Source of the DNA: Chiloscyllium plagiosum
Taxonomy: Eukaryota
Direction: 5' to 3'
DNA length: 64,000 nucleotides
NCBI RefSeq assembly: GCF_004010195.1
Contig: NC_057726.1
Span: forward strand, 30,426,071-30,490,070
A program made the position numbers and the translations under genes. The notes beneath the pieces are model-generated. The model had not been told where the DNA came from. It saw only the letters and a list, made by a program, of their open reading frames with translations, and ran no database searches. Of this stretch, positions 11,101-24,300 are shown in pieces (position 1 is the stretch's first letter; each line of letters starts with the position of its first letter).

Positions 11101-12274
11101 TCTGACAAGGAGGACTATTGGATGGTTCTACATGGACCTTTAACATAGTATATGCAGATATATGCTGCACAAGCCATGTCGCACCCATATAGTCGGAGGT
11201 TGAAAATTGTTAATAATAGCATCTTTTCCCTTCATACTTGCCCTCACATGACCCAAAAAAGCAGCACTACTTTGAAGAGCATGTTGTGAAATGCTGACAG
11301 TACAACGTGTGAGGGAAGCAGCTCCAGCACCTTGCACAGTGTTTCTTTTTGAATATGTTAAAGAGTTGTGGACCGCAAATGACACCTTATGTATTATCTG
11401 TGGTTACTTCTCCTTCTCAGAGAGTATTAGGATTCATTTGTGAAGATCAATGTCATCGTCAAGATTGTTTATGCGCAGGATTTGTAATTGATACAATTGG
11501 TCAAGTTGTTTTCTAAAAATGCTTGTTTTGTTTTTAACAACACAGAACTATCTGAACTATTTGTAAATGCTATAAATTAAGGATAAACAGTGAAGGGCAT
11601 TCGTTAGTTGGACCCATATATAGCAATATTATTGACACTGAGATGGAATACAGATATGCTACTTTGAGTTTTAAATAATACAAAACTGTATAAAGATTTG
11701 CATCTTATCTCTTCCTTCATCAGATAGATAGTTATTTGAGGTTAAACACAGTTTAATGTGCAAAATCATCTTCAATTCTGTATCAGTCCATTTAACAAAG
11801 TTATGTATAAGTGTGACGATACTGACTTTTAAATAAAAGGAAGGCAATGTTACCATGTGATAAGGATAAAAATATCTGGACCAATAAAGTTTGCATGACC
11901 AGAAAGTGTAGAATTTGAATTTCTGGCCACAACTTATGATGTACTCTGATGAATTTTAGATATTTAATGAAGTTCACAGGATAACTTAACCAAGTCTCAA
12001 ATTGTCACAGGTTGGTCGCATTAACATTAACAGCACAAATAGCATAAAAAAAAGAATCCTGAATGAGCTGTTCTATGAAATCAGAAAACAATTTGGTATT
12101 GCTTTATTGTGAAACAATCACCAGCTCTCGCAACTCAATCTGTGAGGCACTGTGAGTCAACAGCAGCAGCAGAATTGTACTTCAACACAATCTGCAACCT
12201 CATGGCCCAGAATATCCCCATCTCAACTATTACCATCAACCTAGGGGATCTACCCTGGTTCATTGGAAAGTTTA

Positions 12275-12480
12275 CGAGGATAAACTGAGGACTGTAGATG
12301 CTGGAGATCAGAGCTGAAAATGTGTTGCTGGAAAAGCGCAGCAGGTCAGGCAGCATCCAAGGAACAGGAGAATCGACATTTCGGGCATTCCTGAAGAAGG
12401 GCTTATGCCCGAAACGTCGATTCTCCTGTTCCTTGGATGCTGCCTGACCTGCTGCGCTTTTCCAGCAACACATTTTCAGC
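12275..12480. mobile_element. Fold-back non-autonomous PLE derivative with 15-bp TSD
   Basis: ~77-bp inverted arms (12311-12387 / 12406-12482, one mismatch). TCATTGGAAAGTTTA is duplicated at 12260-12274 and 12481-12495. Confidence 0.85.
12387..12422 (+). ncRNA. Minimal type I hammerhead ribozyme motif (PLE-associated)
   Basis: CTGAAGA-A-GGGC-TTAT-GCCC-GAAAC-GTC: intact CUGANGA and GAAA cores, 4-bp stem II, palindromic ACGT stem III, GUC cleavage triplet; stem I is weak. Confidence 0.75.
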
Positions 12481-14659
12481 TCATTGGAAAGTTTAGGAGG
12501 GCATGCCAGGAGCAGCACAAGGCAAACCTAAAAATGAGTTACCAACCTGGTAAGACTCCAAACAGGATTATTTTTCTGCCAAACAACATGAGGAGCAGGT
12601 GTTAGACATAGCTAAGCGATCCCACAACCAAAGAATGAGGAGTGTTAGAGATACTGCCACTCTGAGAGCTGATTCTGAAAAGGCAGTACAGGGTACTAAA
12701 ATCACGTGTAAATAAAGGGTGACTTGGTGACAAGATATGTTACATGTGATTACTTCTCCTTCACAGAGACTTCTAGGATTAATTTGTATTTCAGTCCTAT
12801 ACACAAAAACCAGGACAAATCCAACCCAGCCCCATAATCTCGATTATCAGTAAAATAATGGAATGTGTCATAAACAGTGCTGTAAAGCAGCACCTGCTCA
12901 GCAATAACCTGCTCAGTTTGGGTTCCACCAGGGCCACTCAGCTCCTGGCATCATAAAAGCCTTACTTCAAACATGGACAAAAGAGGTAAATTCCAGAGGT
13001 GAGGTGAGAGTGCCAGCCCTTGCCATCAGGGCTGTATTCAACCGAGTGTGGCATCAAGGAGCCCGAGTAAAACCGGAATCAATGGGTACCTGGGGCAAAC
13101 TCTCTGCTGGTTGGAGTCATACCTGGCACACAGGAAGATGGTTGTAGTTGTTGGAGATCAGTCATCTCAGCTCAAGGACATCTCTGCAGGAGTTCCTCAG
13201 AATAGTGTCCTTGGCCCAACCATCTCTAGCTGCTTCATCAATAATCTTCCCCCCATTATGAGGTCAGAAGTGGGGATGTTTGTTTACCGCATAATGTTAA
13301 GCACTATTTGCAACACCTCAGACACTGAAGCAGTCCATGTTCAAGTGCAACATGGTCTGGACAATATCCAGACCTGTGCTGACAAGTGGTAAGTAATGTT
13401 CACATCACACAAATGCCAGAAAATGACCACCTCCAATGAGAGACAGTCTAGCCACTGCCTCTTGACATACAACGGTGTTATCACCATTGAATACCCCACC
13501 ATCAACATCCTGGAGGTTACCATTGACCAGAACTTCAACTGGACTCACCCCATAAACACAGTGTCTACAAGAGCAGGTCAGAGGCTAGGAATACTGTGAC
13601 AAGTAACTCACTTCCTGACTCCCCAAAGCCAGTCTACCATCTACAAGGTACAAGTCAGGAGTACAATTGAATGCTCCCCATTTGCCTGGATGGGTGCAGC
13701 TCCAACAACACTCAAGACGCTTGACACTATCCAGGACAAAGCAACCCAGTTGACTGACACCATATCCGCAAACATCCACTCCCTCCACCACTGATACTCA
13801 ATAGCAGCAGTGTATACTACATGGGAATGTGACAGCTTGCAAGTTCCTTTCCAAGCCACTCACTACCCTGGCTTGGAAATGTATCGTCATTCCTTCAATG
13901 TTGCTTGGTCAAAATTCAGAAATTTGCTCCCGAAGAGCATATTAGGTCTACCTGCAGCACATGGACTGAAGCGGTTGAAGAAAGCAGATCACCATCACCT
14001 TCTCAAAGGCAACTAAGGACGAGCAATAAATGCCGGCCAGCCAGAGATACCCATGTCCCACAAGTTAGTTTTAAAAAAGCTAATTAAAGCTAAAGAGGAC
14101 TTGACTGGAACAGGAACACTGAGTAATAGAATGGACAGCCATTCAATTGAGTTCACAGCCATTTTCGCATCTCCTTCCAATGAATGGAGCCAGTTCTGCC
14201 ATCATGATGTTGGACTTTTCATTTTCTATCATTGCCACCACTTTCGTATAGGATGTAATTCGGCTCCATGTAAATAGAGTCTTGCATCAGTGCCACAAAA
14301 AAAAATCATTAAATGTCTTTTTTCTGAATTATTTTAAAATGAAAATATGTTTTGCTCACTGTAAATTGTTGCTTTACAGTTAATCTTTATGTTTTCTAGT
14401 ATGTAGTTATAATTAGGTTCGCCCCTCCATTTATTAAGTGAGTTTGACGAAAGAGAGAAGGTGCAAAGGAGAAAGGCAAGGTGGATGATAACGATCCAGC
14501 AGTTCTTACTCTCCATGAAAGAGGATATAGATTGGTCCAGTCCTAATTTCACTTGACCACAGCCTCAGTTTTAAGTAAAAGTGAATGTTTTGATCCATTT
14601 ACAATTCCATCACAGTTTCAAAGTGCCCTCTTTTTAACATTGCATAATACCATACGATA

Positions 14660-16300
14660 TAGTAGCAAAATTAGGTCATTCAGCCCATCGAGTCTGCTCC
14701 ACCATTCGAACATGGCTAATATGTTTCTCAACCCCATTCTCCTCCCTTTATCCGTAACTCTTAATCCCTTTACTATTCAATAATCTATCAATTTGTCTTA
14801 AATATGCTCAATGATTTGGCTTGTACAGTCCTCTGCAGCAATGAGTTCCACAGATTCACTCTAGCTGAATAAATTCATTCTCATCTCAGATCTAAAGAGT
14901 CATCCCTTCACTCTGAGGCTGTGCCCTCAGGTCTTAGTCTCTCCTACTAGTGAAAACATCTTCTCCACGTCCACTCTGTCCAGGCCTTTCAGTATTCTGT
15001 AAGGCTCAATGAGATGCCCCCGTCATCCTTCTAAACTCCATTCTGTACAGATCCAGAATCCTCAATCACTCATCATAGGACAAGCCCTTCAACCCTGAAA
15101 TTATTCTTGTAAGCCTCCTCTGGACCCCTTTCAACATCCACACCTCCTTTCCGAGACACTAGGCTCAAGATTGCTCGCAATATTCCAAATATGATCTGAC
15201 CAGAGCCTTACACAGCCTCAGCAATACATCCCTGCTCTTGTATTCTAGCCCTCTTGAATTGAATGCTAACGTTGCATTTGGCTTCCTAACTGACAACTGA
15301 ACCTGTATGTTAACCTTAAGAGAATCCCATTTATGCTTCAATGTTCCAAAGCCTTTCCCCATTTAGAAAATAGTCTACGCCTCTATGCTTCCAACCAAAA
15401 TGCGTAACTTCACACTTTCCCACTGTATTTTTCATCTGCCACTTATTTGTCTAATCTCCTCGCCTGTCTAAATCCTTCTGCAGCCTCCCTGTCATCTCAA
15501 CGCTATCTATCCCTCCATCTCCATGTCATCTGCCAACATAGCAAGAAGATTCTCAATTTCTTTGTCCAAAGTGTAATTGAAAAAATGATGAGTTATGGTC
15601 TCAATACCCACCCCTATGGAACTCCACAAATCACCAGCTATCATCCTGAAAAATATCCCTTTATCCCTCCTCTCTGCCTTCTGCCTGTCAGCCAATCCTC
15701 TATCCTAGTCCCTAACACAATGAGCTCTGCTCTTATTTAGCAGCCTCTTGTGTGGCATCTTGTCAAAGGCCTTTTGGAAATCTAAATAGATCATGTCCAC
15801 TGACTCCCCTTTGTCTAACTTGCTAGTTACATCCTCAAAGAATTCAAGCAGATTTGTCAGTCATCCCCTTGACGAAACTGCAGTAAGTCATTCCTTGTTT
15901 ACTTCCCGCTCTCCTTGCACTTCCAAGTACTACACAATTTCATCCTCAATAATGGTCCTTAAAATCTTACCAATGACTGAGGTCAGGCTAACCAGCCTAT
16001 AGTTTCCTGTCTTCTGCCCTCGCTGCCTGCTTTAACAGGAGTGTTGCATTTGCCATTTTCCAATCCTTTACAACCCTCCCTGACTCCAGTGATTCCCGAA
16101 AGATCACCAGCCATGTCTCTGCATTTTCCTCACCATTTTCCTTTAGAACTCTGCAGTCTAGTCCATCTGCTCTGAGTTATTTATCCAATTCAGACCCTTC
16201 AACTTTCCCAGCACCTGCTGTTTTGTGATGGCCATTACATTCACCTCTGCTTCCTGACTCCCTTGAAGTTCGGATATGCTGCTGGCATCTTCCACTGAAA
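14660..16300 (-). mobile_element. CR1 LINE fragment (RT and 3' UTR)
   Basis: QVQLSVRKPNATLAFNSRGLEYKSRDVLLRLCKALVRSYLEYCEQ; IYLDFQKAFDK-like segment near 15760-15795. Confidence 0.9.
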
Positions 16301-17501
16301 AAACAATCAGGATCTAGAAGATTTCAGTAATTGTTGAAAGCACGTATGTAAAAGGTTAGACATAATCAGTTTCATAATGAGATCAGTAGGAAGTGAGAGC
16401 TCTAAGACAGACGGCATCACAAGCTGTATGCAAATAGCCCAGCCTGACGATAGTCCTAATCATGTTTCCAAAATAACTTCAGTCATCAAAATACAGGTAA
16501 CTATAACTCTTATTATGTCTGCAGTTATTTCAATTCAAGGTCAAGTATCACTAAAGTCAGCTCTTTCCACTGATTATAAGAACACACAGTTAACCACATC
16601 TTATAAGTTACAGTAATGATAGAATATTTTTTTTTAAAAAACCGTTCTGTGGTTTATGTTTTCACTAGTAACCATAAACAAGATTTTTCTCCCAACTATC
16701 TTGACTCATCCCTTGTCCTCACCAGAAAACATGCAGATTTCCTTTCCTACTGCTCCTGGTATTTCTTTGGGCTTAACTCACCTGGTTTTAAGCAGAAACA
16801 CGAGACCTTACTCCATTATTAAGGTTGGGTTTTATAACCTCAAGGTCTACAGATACTCCCTTACTTCCAGATATCAAAAAGAACTTCAAATTTATTTTTG
16901 TCTACAACAACTATTAGTTTTAGCTCATGGTATACAATGGGTGATGTCCAATTTTAATATATGGCCTGGCAGATTTTCTTTTTCATTTGAGGTCAGTGAA
17001 AGGAAAATCATATGGGCCGTAAAATGTAACTATATTATTGGTAGTCAGGAGTATGCCACTGACAAGGTGTTGTTAATAATTGTGTAGTTGCCAACCCAAG
17101 GCTTACAGAGTGAAATACAAAATATAACTTAGCTAAAACGCAGCAGCAACACACAAATCATGTATTTCTATGGAGATCACAGAAAGGGAAGTAAATTTGA
17201 GAAAAAAATTAAATATCTTGCATTTGTTCCTACATCTATTAAACAATGCTATAACTTTATTACCATATAAAATGTCAAGTAAAAATTTAGAATGACTGTT
17301 TATTCTGTTTTTGTTGTAACTTAATTTTATTTTCCTACTGTTTACTTCAAGTTAAGAAGATCAAAGGACCAATGTGTGAAAACGAAATCACTATTTATGT
17401 CAAGAATTTTTTAAAAAAGATGAGAAATTTCTGTCTAACTCAAAAAATAAATTGAATTAATAATTGCAAAAGCACTCAGTTCCTAGCTCTGACCCTAGAA
17501 T

Positions 17502-18567
17502 ATTGAATTGAATTGAATTGAATTGAATTGATTAACACGTGTACTGAGGCACAGTGAAAAGCTTTGTCTTGCAAACAATACAAACAGATTGCAGAGTTAA
17601 GTAGGTCAGATAAGTAAATAATAGGTAAACAGCGGCAAAAACAAAAACACAGGTACAGGAGAATGTTAAGAGTTTGTGAGTCCATTCAGTATTCTAACAA
17701 CAGTAGGGTAGAAACTGTTTCAAAACCGTCTGCTGCATTTGTTCAAGCTTCTGTACCTTCTCCCCGATAGTAGAGGTTGTAGAAAAACATTGCCAGGGTG
17801 GGATGGATCATTGAGAATGCTGGTGGCCTTTCCTTGACAGCAGGCCTGGTAGCTGGATTCTTTCGATGGGAGGTTTGCTTTTGTGATTGTTTGGGCCAAG
17901 TTCACCACTCTGTAACTGTCTCTGGTCTTGATTGGTACAGTTGCCATACCTAGTAGTGATACATCCAGACAGAGTGCTCTCGATGGCGCACCTATAAAAG
18001 TTGGCAAGGGTATTCGCCGTCATGCCAAATTTCCTCACCTGCCTGAGGAAGAAGAGACATTGTTGGGCCTTTGTAACCAGTGCATCCACATGAAGAGTCC
18101 AAGAAAGCTTGTTGTGGATGACCACTCCCAGGAGCTCGACACTCTCCACTTGTTCATTTCTGTGCTGTTAATATGTAGGAGGGGCATGAGTAACATTCAA
18201 CCAAAAGTCAATAATGAGTTCCTTGGTTTTGCCTGCATTGAGAGCTAGGTTGCTCTTAGCGCACCATTTTTCCAGGTCTTTCACCTCCAGTCTGTACTCT
18301 GTTTCGTCGCCATCTGAGATTTGACGTGGTATCATCAGCGAACTTGTAAATGGCATTCATCTAGTATTTCATCTAGTAAATGGTATTCATCTGTATACAC
18401 AGTCATGGGTATACAGTGAGTACAGTAGGAGGCTGAGTGTGCACCCCTGGGGGGCAAGTGACATGGCATCTGACATGGATCTGTTGGTCCAATAGGCAAA
18501 TTGGAGTGGGTCAAGAGTAGTGGTGAGGCTCGAGTTGATTAATGCCATGGCCAGCCTTTCAAAGCAC
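17502..18567 (-). mobile_element. Rex1/Babar-type LINE 3' fragment with (AATTC)n tail
   Basis: VIHNKLSWTLHVDALVTKAQQCLFFLRQVRKFGM...NFYRCAIESTLSGCIT and WCAKSNLALNAGKTKELIIDF; pentamer tail at 17502-17530. Confidence 0.85.
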
Positions 18568-18660
18568 TAATATCTTCAAATTTTGAATTTAAGGGATTCT
18601 GCATGTTCATTTTTCAAATAGAGTGCTCTGAATTTGTGTTTCCTACTCCTGGTCTGAAAT

Positions 18661-18985
18661 CGTAGAATCTCTACAGTGCAGATAGAGACAATTCAGATCA
18701 TTATGTCTATACTGACCCTCTGAAGAGCATCCCTCCCAGATCCTACCCTGGTAATCCTACTTTTTTTCCCATAGCTAATCCACCTAGCTTGCACATCCCT
18801 GGACACTATGGAGCAATTTATATGACTGATTCACCTAATCTACACATCTTTAACTGTGGGAGGAAACCAGAGCACACAGACTCGGGGAGAACATGTAAAC
18901 TCCACACAGACAATTGCCCAAGGCTGGAATTGAACCTGGGTCCCTGGTGCTGTGAGAGAGTCGTACTAACCACAGAGCCATCATG
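18661..18985 (-). mobile_element. Older HE1-type V-SINE
   Basis: tRNA-like head, V-domain and CR1-like tail, diverged. Confidence 0.85.
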
Positions 18986-19418
18986 ACAGGTTGGGAACTC
19001 AGAAGTGTTTTTGACAAAAGCTGACAGAGAATTTGAAGAAGACATATGCAATTAATTGGCTTCTCCAGGTCCAATTAAGGACAGTGAGTGGCTTCTGAAA
19101 GGCCATTAGAGGCTATCTGTTATGTTATGTCTCACAGCTAGTTTACAGCATAACTTTAAGAAACTTTCTCATGATATCAGTATATCATCATTAGTATGAC
19201 TTGATGGCATTACTTATTGCTTGTGACCAGATGGTAGAAAGGCTTTGGACTCCATGTAAACTGAGGCCACTTGAGGCATGACATAGTAATAGAGGCATAC
19301 TATTTTCTGTAACCAAAAAGCTTAGTATTAGCATAAGCATTAAAATGCTTGTGAATGCAATACATGTCCATATAATGAGCTAGATTATACATCTATTGAA
19401 TCTTTTAGTTACCCATGT

Positions 19419-19615
19419 TGAGAGTGTAGTGCTGGAAAAGAACAGCAGGTCAGGCAGCATCTGAGGAGCAGGAGAATTGACATTTCGGGCATAAGCCCTT
19501 CATCGGGATTGAGGATCCCCTCAGATCCCTGCTCCTCGGATGCTGCCTGACTTGATGTGCTTTTCCAGCACCACGCTCTTGACTGATCTCCAGCATCTGC
19601 AGTCGTCACTTTGTC
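19419..19615. mobile_element. Fold-back PLE derivative with ~17-bp TSD
   Basis: Two inverted terminal-repeat halves. CTTTTAGTT(A/C)CCCATGT at 19402-19418 and 19616-19632. Minus-strand CCGATGAAGGGCTTATGCCCGAAATGTC hammerhead remnant. Confidence 0.8.
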
Positions 19616-20272
19616 CTTTTAGTTCCCCATGTCTAGTTGATATTTTGCAGGACCTACCTTAAGATTTGTCCGTTTGGGTAGAAATACCCTGCTGGAAACA
19701 AAAGCCCAAAACATAATGGCTAATCATGATGGGTTCAAAGTGGTAGGTAGTAGTTGCCAGTTATAAAAGAATCCCAGTTCTCAGTGGCAGACATATAGAA
19801 TCCTCACTGAAGATCAGTTAACTGAGATCTTTGAAATTCAAAACATTAGAAATATCAACACCAATTCTTGTGTATAGTTCTGCAAATTAAAAAAATCCAG
19901 GAAGTGGATTTAGCTTAAAGTTTAAGTTTAATCAAGTCAGAAGTAAATTTAAACCACAAGCTGGCTTTTTTATTTAAAAACGAAAGGCTTCTCAAAGCAT
20001 TAAAAGAGCAGTAGTTACTCTTAATTTGAATACAGAGTCTGTCTAATCAAGCTTACAGCTTCTAACATACTAACAAATGATTTTCTCAACTAAGACAGCT
20101 TACCTGTGTGCAAAGATTGACAGGTTCCACCATTTTGACTCTTGAGTTTGTTGCCACATCAGAGGGAGTCATGTGTGGCATCATCATTCGTTATTTAGTG
20201 TGAATACTGACCCAATACTGTCGAAAGCTGCTGCTTTCTAACGAAGTATTTAGCGTTGCATATTTTCATTTT

Positions 20273-20536
20273 TGGGGCAGCACAGTGGCTCAGTGGTTAG
20301 CACTGCTGCCTCACAGCGCCAGGTTTGATTCCAGCCTCAGGCAACTAGTTGTGTAGAGTTTGCACATTCTCCCCGTGTCTGCGTGGGTTTCCTCTGGATG
20401 CTCCAGTTTCCTCCCACAATCTAAAGATGTGCAGATTAGATGGATTGACTAAGTTGCCCACAGTGTCCAAGGATGTGTACGCTCTCCGGAGTTTGGTGGG
20501 CCAAATGGCCTATCTCTGCACTGTAGGGATTCTATG
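20273..20536 (+). mobile_element. HE1-type V-SINE (internally deleted)
   Basis: GGGGCAGCACAGTGGCTCAGTGGTTAGCACTGCTGCC head and V-domain. Confidence 0.85.
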
Positions 20537-20989
20537 AATGTTGTCTAGTGGCTGAAATCTGCTCCTCCAGGTCTGTGTTTTTTAAAGGAAAATTGTTTAG
20601 AAGTGAATAATATTCAATAAAGAGGCTGGATCTGTGCCACATTTTATGAAAAAGAGAAAAATATGAGAATTGATAAAAAGAAAGAAAGAAGCCATGCACT
20701 TTATTGCAATAAAGAAAAAGACAGATCTTCAATGAAGAATAGAAGTTGCACATTTAGTTCTGGTTATTGTGTGAATCATATCTTTAGTGATTTACGGCTC
20801 TTTAAGTAACAAATGTGACTATAATTTGTGGATCAAGCAATAAATGATCCTGAGACGAGATCTCTCTGCTATGACAGAATGATTATATTATCTTTCTGTG
20901 AATTATAAGGAAGATCCAGCAACCTTCTGCAGAGTTACTTAAAGACCAGTTTACAGTATGATTTAACTGCAGGATTAATAGACTTGAAC

Positions 20990-21408
20990 TCATAGAATCC
21001 CTACAGTGTGGAAACAGGCCATTTGACCCATCGAGTCCACTCTGCTCCTCTGAAGAGAATCCCATCCCCACCCCTAAACCTTATGCCTGTAACGCTGCAT
21101 TTCCCAGGGCTGATCCAACTAATCTCTACATCCTTGGACACCAAGGGCAATTTAGCATGCTGAAAATGTGTTGCTGGAACAGCGCAGCAGGTCAGGCAGC
21201 ATCCAGAGAACAGGAGAATCGACGTTTTGGGCATAAGCCCTTCTTGGCCAACTAATCTGCACTTCCTTGGACTGGAGAGAACTGAAGCACCCAGAGGAAA
21301 CCCACACAGACACAGGGAGAATGTGCAAACTCCACATAGACAATCGTCCAAGACAGGAATGAAACCTGGGTTCCTGGTGCTGTGAGGTATCAGTGCCAAC
21401 CACTGAGC
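20990..21408 (-). mobile_element. HE1-type V-SINE with nested PLE terminal-repeat fragment (~21138-21246)
   Basis: The SINE body is interrupted by GCTGAAAATGTGTTGCTGG...GGGCATAAGCCCTTCTT, the same family as the 12275 insert. Confidence 0.85.
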
Positions 21409-22154
21409 TCTTCTGATACAGACAGAAATTCCAATCATCTATTAACGGGTTTGTTGAAGATGCCACAGCAAATGGCGTTAAGTGTGATTTCTCCAAAACA
21501 GAATTCTCAGAAAGCTAATCAAATTAGTAATCCCCTCAACACCAATAACAGCCTTCCGCAAGGATCTTCTAGGCAAGGAAAAGGGCAATGCCATTGACAC
21601 CATGCTTAAAGATGGACATCAGTGTGAATCCATGGTAGCAGGCCAACAACTACATACTTCAAATGTAGCCAACACTATTGTTACTTTAAAAAAATGCAAC
21701 AGGCTAATAAAAATGCCCTTCAATGCAGTTTGCACCAACAAAAAAAATGGCCATTATCTCTTCACATCTGCAAAACATGTAGCACCAAAGGGCACTCATT
21801 TGCAGGAAATCTGGTTGATAACATTCAAAGGATATACTTTGGCTTTAGCATCATCAGCCCTGTGCTAAAAACAAACTGTGATAAATACACAAGCTCGGGT
21901 CCAAATTGCTTACACCCGTATCATGACATTAATCTTGATAATCATGTTATCTTGATATTGATATATGCCTGAATTGCAATCTCTAATGTAGAGTGGGTGG
22001 CTAATCTAATCTCACAGAGCTTGTGACATTGTCTTCTGACAAAGAACTGCTGACTTCAAAAATTATCAGTAAGTAATGCCTATACTACCTACTCATTTTC
22101 AAATGACTTTGGACTATTTTTCTCTTACTAAGCGCATGTCTGCCATGCACTACC

Positions 22155-22396
22155 TTACAACACCAGGTTATGGTCCAACAGGTTTATTTGGAAGCACTAG
22201 CTTTTGGAGCACTGTTCCTTCATCAGGTAGTTGTGGAATAGAATCATAAGACACAGAATTTATAGCAAAAGATTAGTGTCTCGCAACTGATATATTGAAC
22301 AAACCTAGATTGTTGCGTCTTTCATCTTTTAGAATGGGTTACAGGTTTCAGTTCATTAATGTGTAAATCCCAGAACTTCTTTTAAGTTACATTCTC
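22155..22396 (-). mobile_element. PLE terminal repeat of a different family, with decayed hammerhead
   Basis: Minus strand CTGATGAAGGAACAGTGCTCCAAAAGCTA (AGCT palindrome); related copy at ~46340-46470. Confidence 0.7.
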
Positions 22397-22479
22397 AGTG
22401 GCCCCCTTCCACAAATTCTCAGTACATCGATGGCTGCTTAATGCTGCTTCATGCTCCCACAGGACCTTGAAAAGGTGGT

Positions 22480-23790
22480 TATTTTGTCCCCAATTTCTAC
22501 CCCTCTATACCTTCCATATCATCTATTTCAGACACTTACCTTCCTTTTCTTTATCTCTCTGTCTCCATTTCGGGGAATAAGCTGTCCAGTGCCATCCACT
22601 ACAAAGCCAATAACTCACATAGCTACCTTCATGACAGCTCGTCACACCCCACGTCCTGCAAGAAGTCCATCCCATTCTCCCAGTTCCTTCACCTACGTTA
22701 CATCTGTTCAGATGATGCCACCTTCCAAAACTGCTGACATAGCTTGCTTCTTCCAAAAACATGGTCTCCTGCCCACTGTGGTTGACAGTGCATTCAACTA
22801 ACCTATCATCCGTGCTACCACCCTTGCTCCTTCCCATCACTCACAACAGCGTGATCAGGTCCCCTTTGTCCTCACTGTTCATCCCATCAGCCTCCACATT
22901 CAAAAGATCATTCTCCACTTTATCAAACAACTCTAGTAGAATGCCACCACTAAACACATCTTCCCTCCACAGCCTCTGTCTGTATTTCACAGGGATCATT
23001 CCCTCTGGGACACCCTTGCTCATTCCACAACCATCAACACGACCTCCCCACCACCTTCCCATGTAACTGCAGAAGGTGCAACACCTACCCCTTCACCTCC
23101 TCCCTGCAAACCATCCAAGGGCCCAAATAGTCTTTCCAGGTGAAGCAACATTTTACCTATAGCTCCTCCAATCTTGTGTATTGTATTCATTGCACCCAAT
23201 ATGGCCTACTCTACGCTGAAGAAGCCAAACACACGCTGACTGACCACTTTGCGGTCTGTGCACAAGCAGCACCCTGACCTTTCTTTTAACATACCATGCT
23301 GTCCTCCGCATGCTGCAGTGCTCCAATGAATCACAGCACAAACTGAAGGAACAACATCTCATCTTCAGACTAGACACTTTACACCCTTCTGGACTTAATA
23401 TTGAGTTCAACACCTTCAATTGTGAAGCTTTACTTGTTACATTCTGTCACCATGTCCTCTCTCCCCTCCCCCCATCCTAATGGGACTGTCTGTCCTTTCA
23501 AGTCTGGCTGGAGACACACCATTGTTCTGCCAATCTTACATTCCAATCATTTTATTTGATCTATTAACATCCTTTTTCCACCAGCACCCTACATATGCTA
23601 CCCCACAATCCTCCCCACCCAAACTGTAGCACAAATGATGCCCCCTGCACACTTCACTTCAGCTCTGATGAAGAGTCATCTAGATTCTAAACGTTAGCTT
23701 GCTCTCTCTCCATGGATGCTGCCTGACCCATTGTGATCTCCAGCCATTGTTGTTTTCAGTGCAGATTCCAACATTTCCAGTAATTTGCTC
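22480..23790 (+). mobile_element. Neptune-type PLE 3' fragment
   Basis: Homologous to 3540-4652 (YKPxxHS, PFVLTVHP-like, CNCRRCNT, HLIFRLDTL). Hammerhead-like AGCT-CTGATGA-A-GAGTC-ATCTA-GATTC-TAAAC-GTT-AGCT at 23661-23699. Confidence 0.85.
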
Positions 23791-23799
23791 CTTCATGCT

Positions 23800-24300
23800 G
23801 AAGCTCACTGCCTCCATTTGCAACAAGACCTGGACAACATTTAGACATAGGTCAATCAGTGACAAGTAGCATTCATGCCTTCTTTTTCCCACAATGACCA
23901 TTTCCAACAAAGACAACCCAATTATATCCCTTTTTCAATCATTTGGGTTACATGCTGTCCTGAATCCCCAGTATGAACATCCTACAGTTACCTTTAAACA
24001 ATGAATGAACTGGACCAGTTGTGTAAATATGGTGACTACAAGAGCAGTTCAGAGGCTAGAAATTCTGCAGTGAGTAACTCACTTCCTGTCTTCAAAAACT
24101 CTACCCAGAATCTACAAAGGACATGTCAGGAGTGTAAGGGAACATTCCATGCACCTGAATGAGTGCAGCTCCAACAACACTATAAACACTTCAACGCTAT
24201 TCAGAATAAAGCAGTCCACTTAATCACACCCTATCTACAATATTTACTTTCCATCATTGACACGTAGAGATGCCAGTGTGTACTGAATACAGGATACACT
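23800..24300 (+). mobile_element. CR1/L2-group LINE fragment (same family as 12150-14078)
   Basis: ACAAGAGCAGTTCAGAGGCTAG...GAGTGCAGCTCCAACAACAC matches 13567-13710. Confidence 0.75.

Larger units (their letters stand above)
12150..14078 (+). mobile_element. CR1/L2-group LINE, decayed RT and 3' tail
   Basis: WLESYLAHRKMVVVV..QSS..DISAGVPQNSVLGP..CFIN RT motifs; 3' tail with AATAAATGCCGGCCAGCCAG and A-rich end. Confidence 0.85.

Noticed and set aside
8135-11260. Harbinger terminal inverted repeats
   Set aside because: No convincing matching pair found by eye.
17468-18575. AAAGCACT on both sides of the Rex/Babar fragment as a TSD
   Set aside because: The left copy is ~25 nt away from the tail, so the match is ambiguous.
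20273-20345. SINE heads as tRNA genes
   Set aside because: They have A/B boxes but no complete cloverleaf, unlike 36999-37072.
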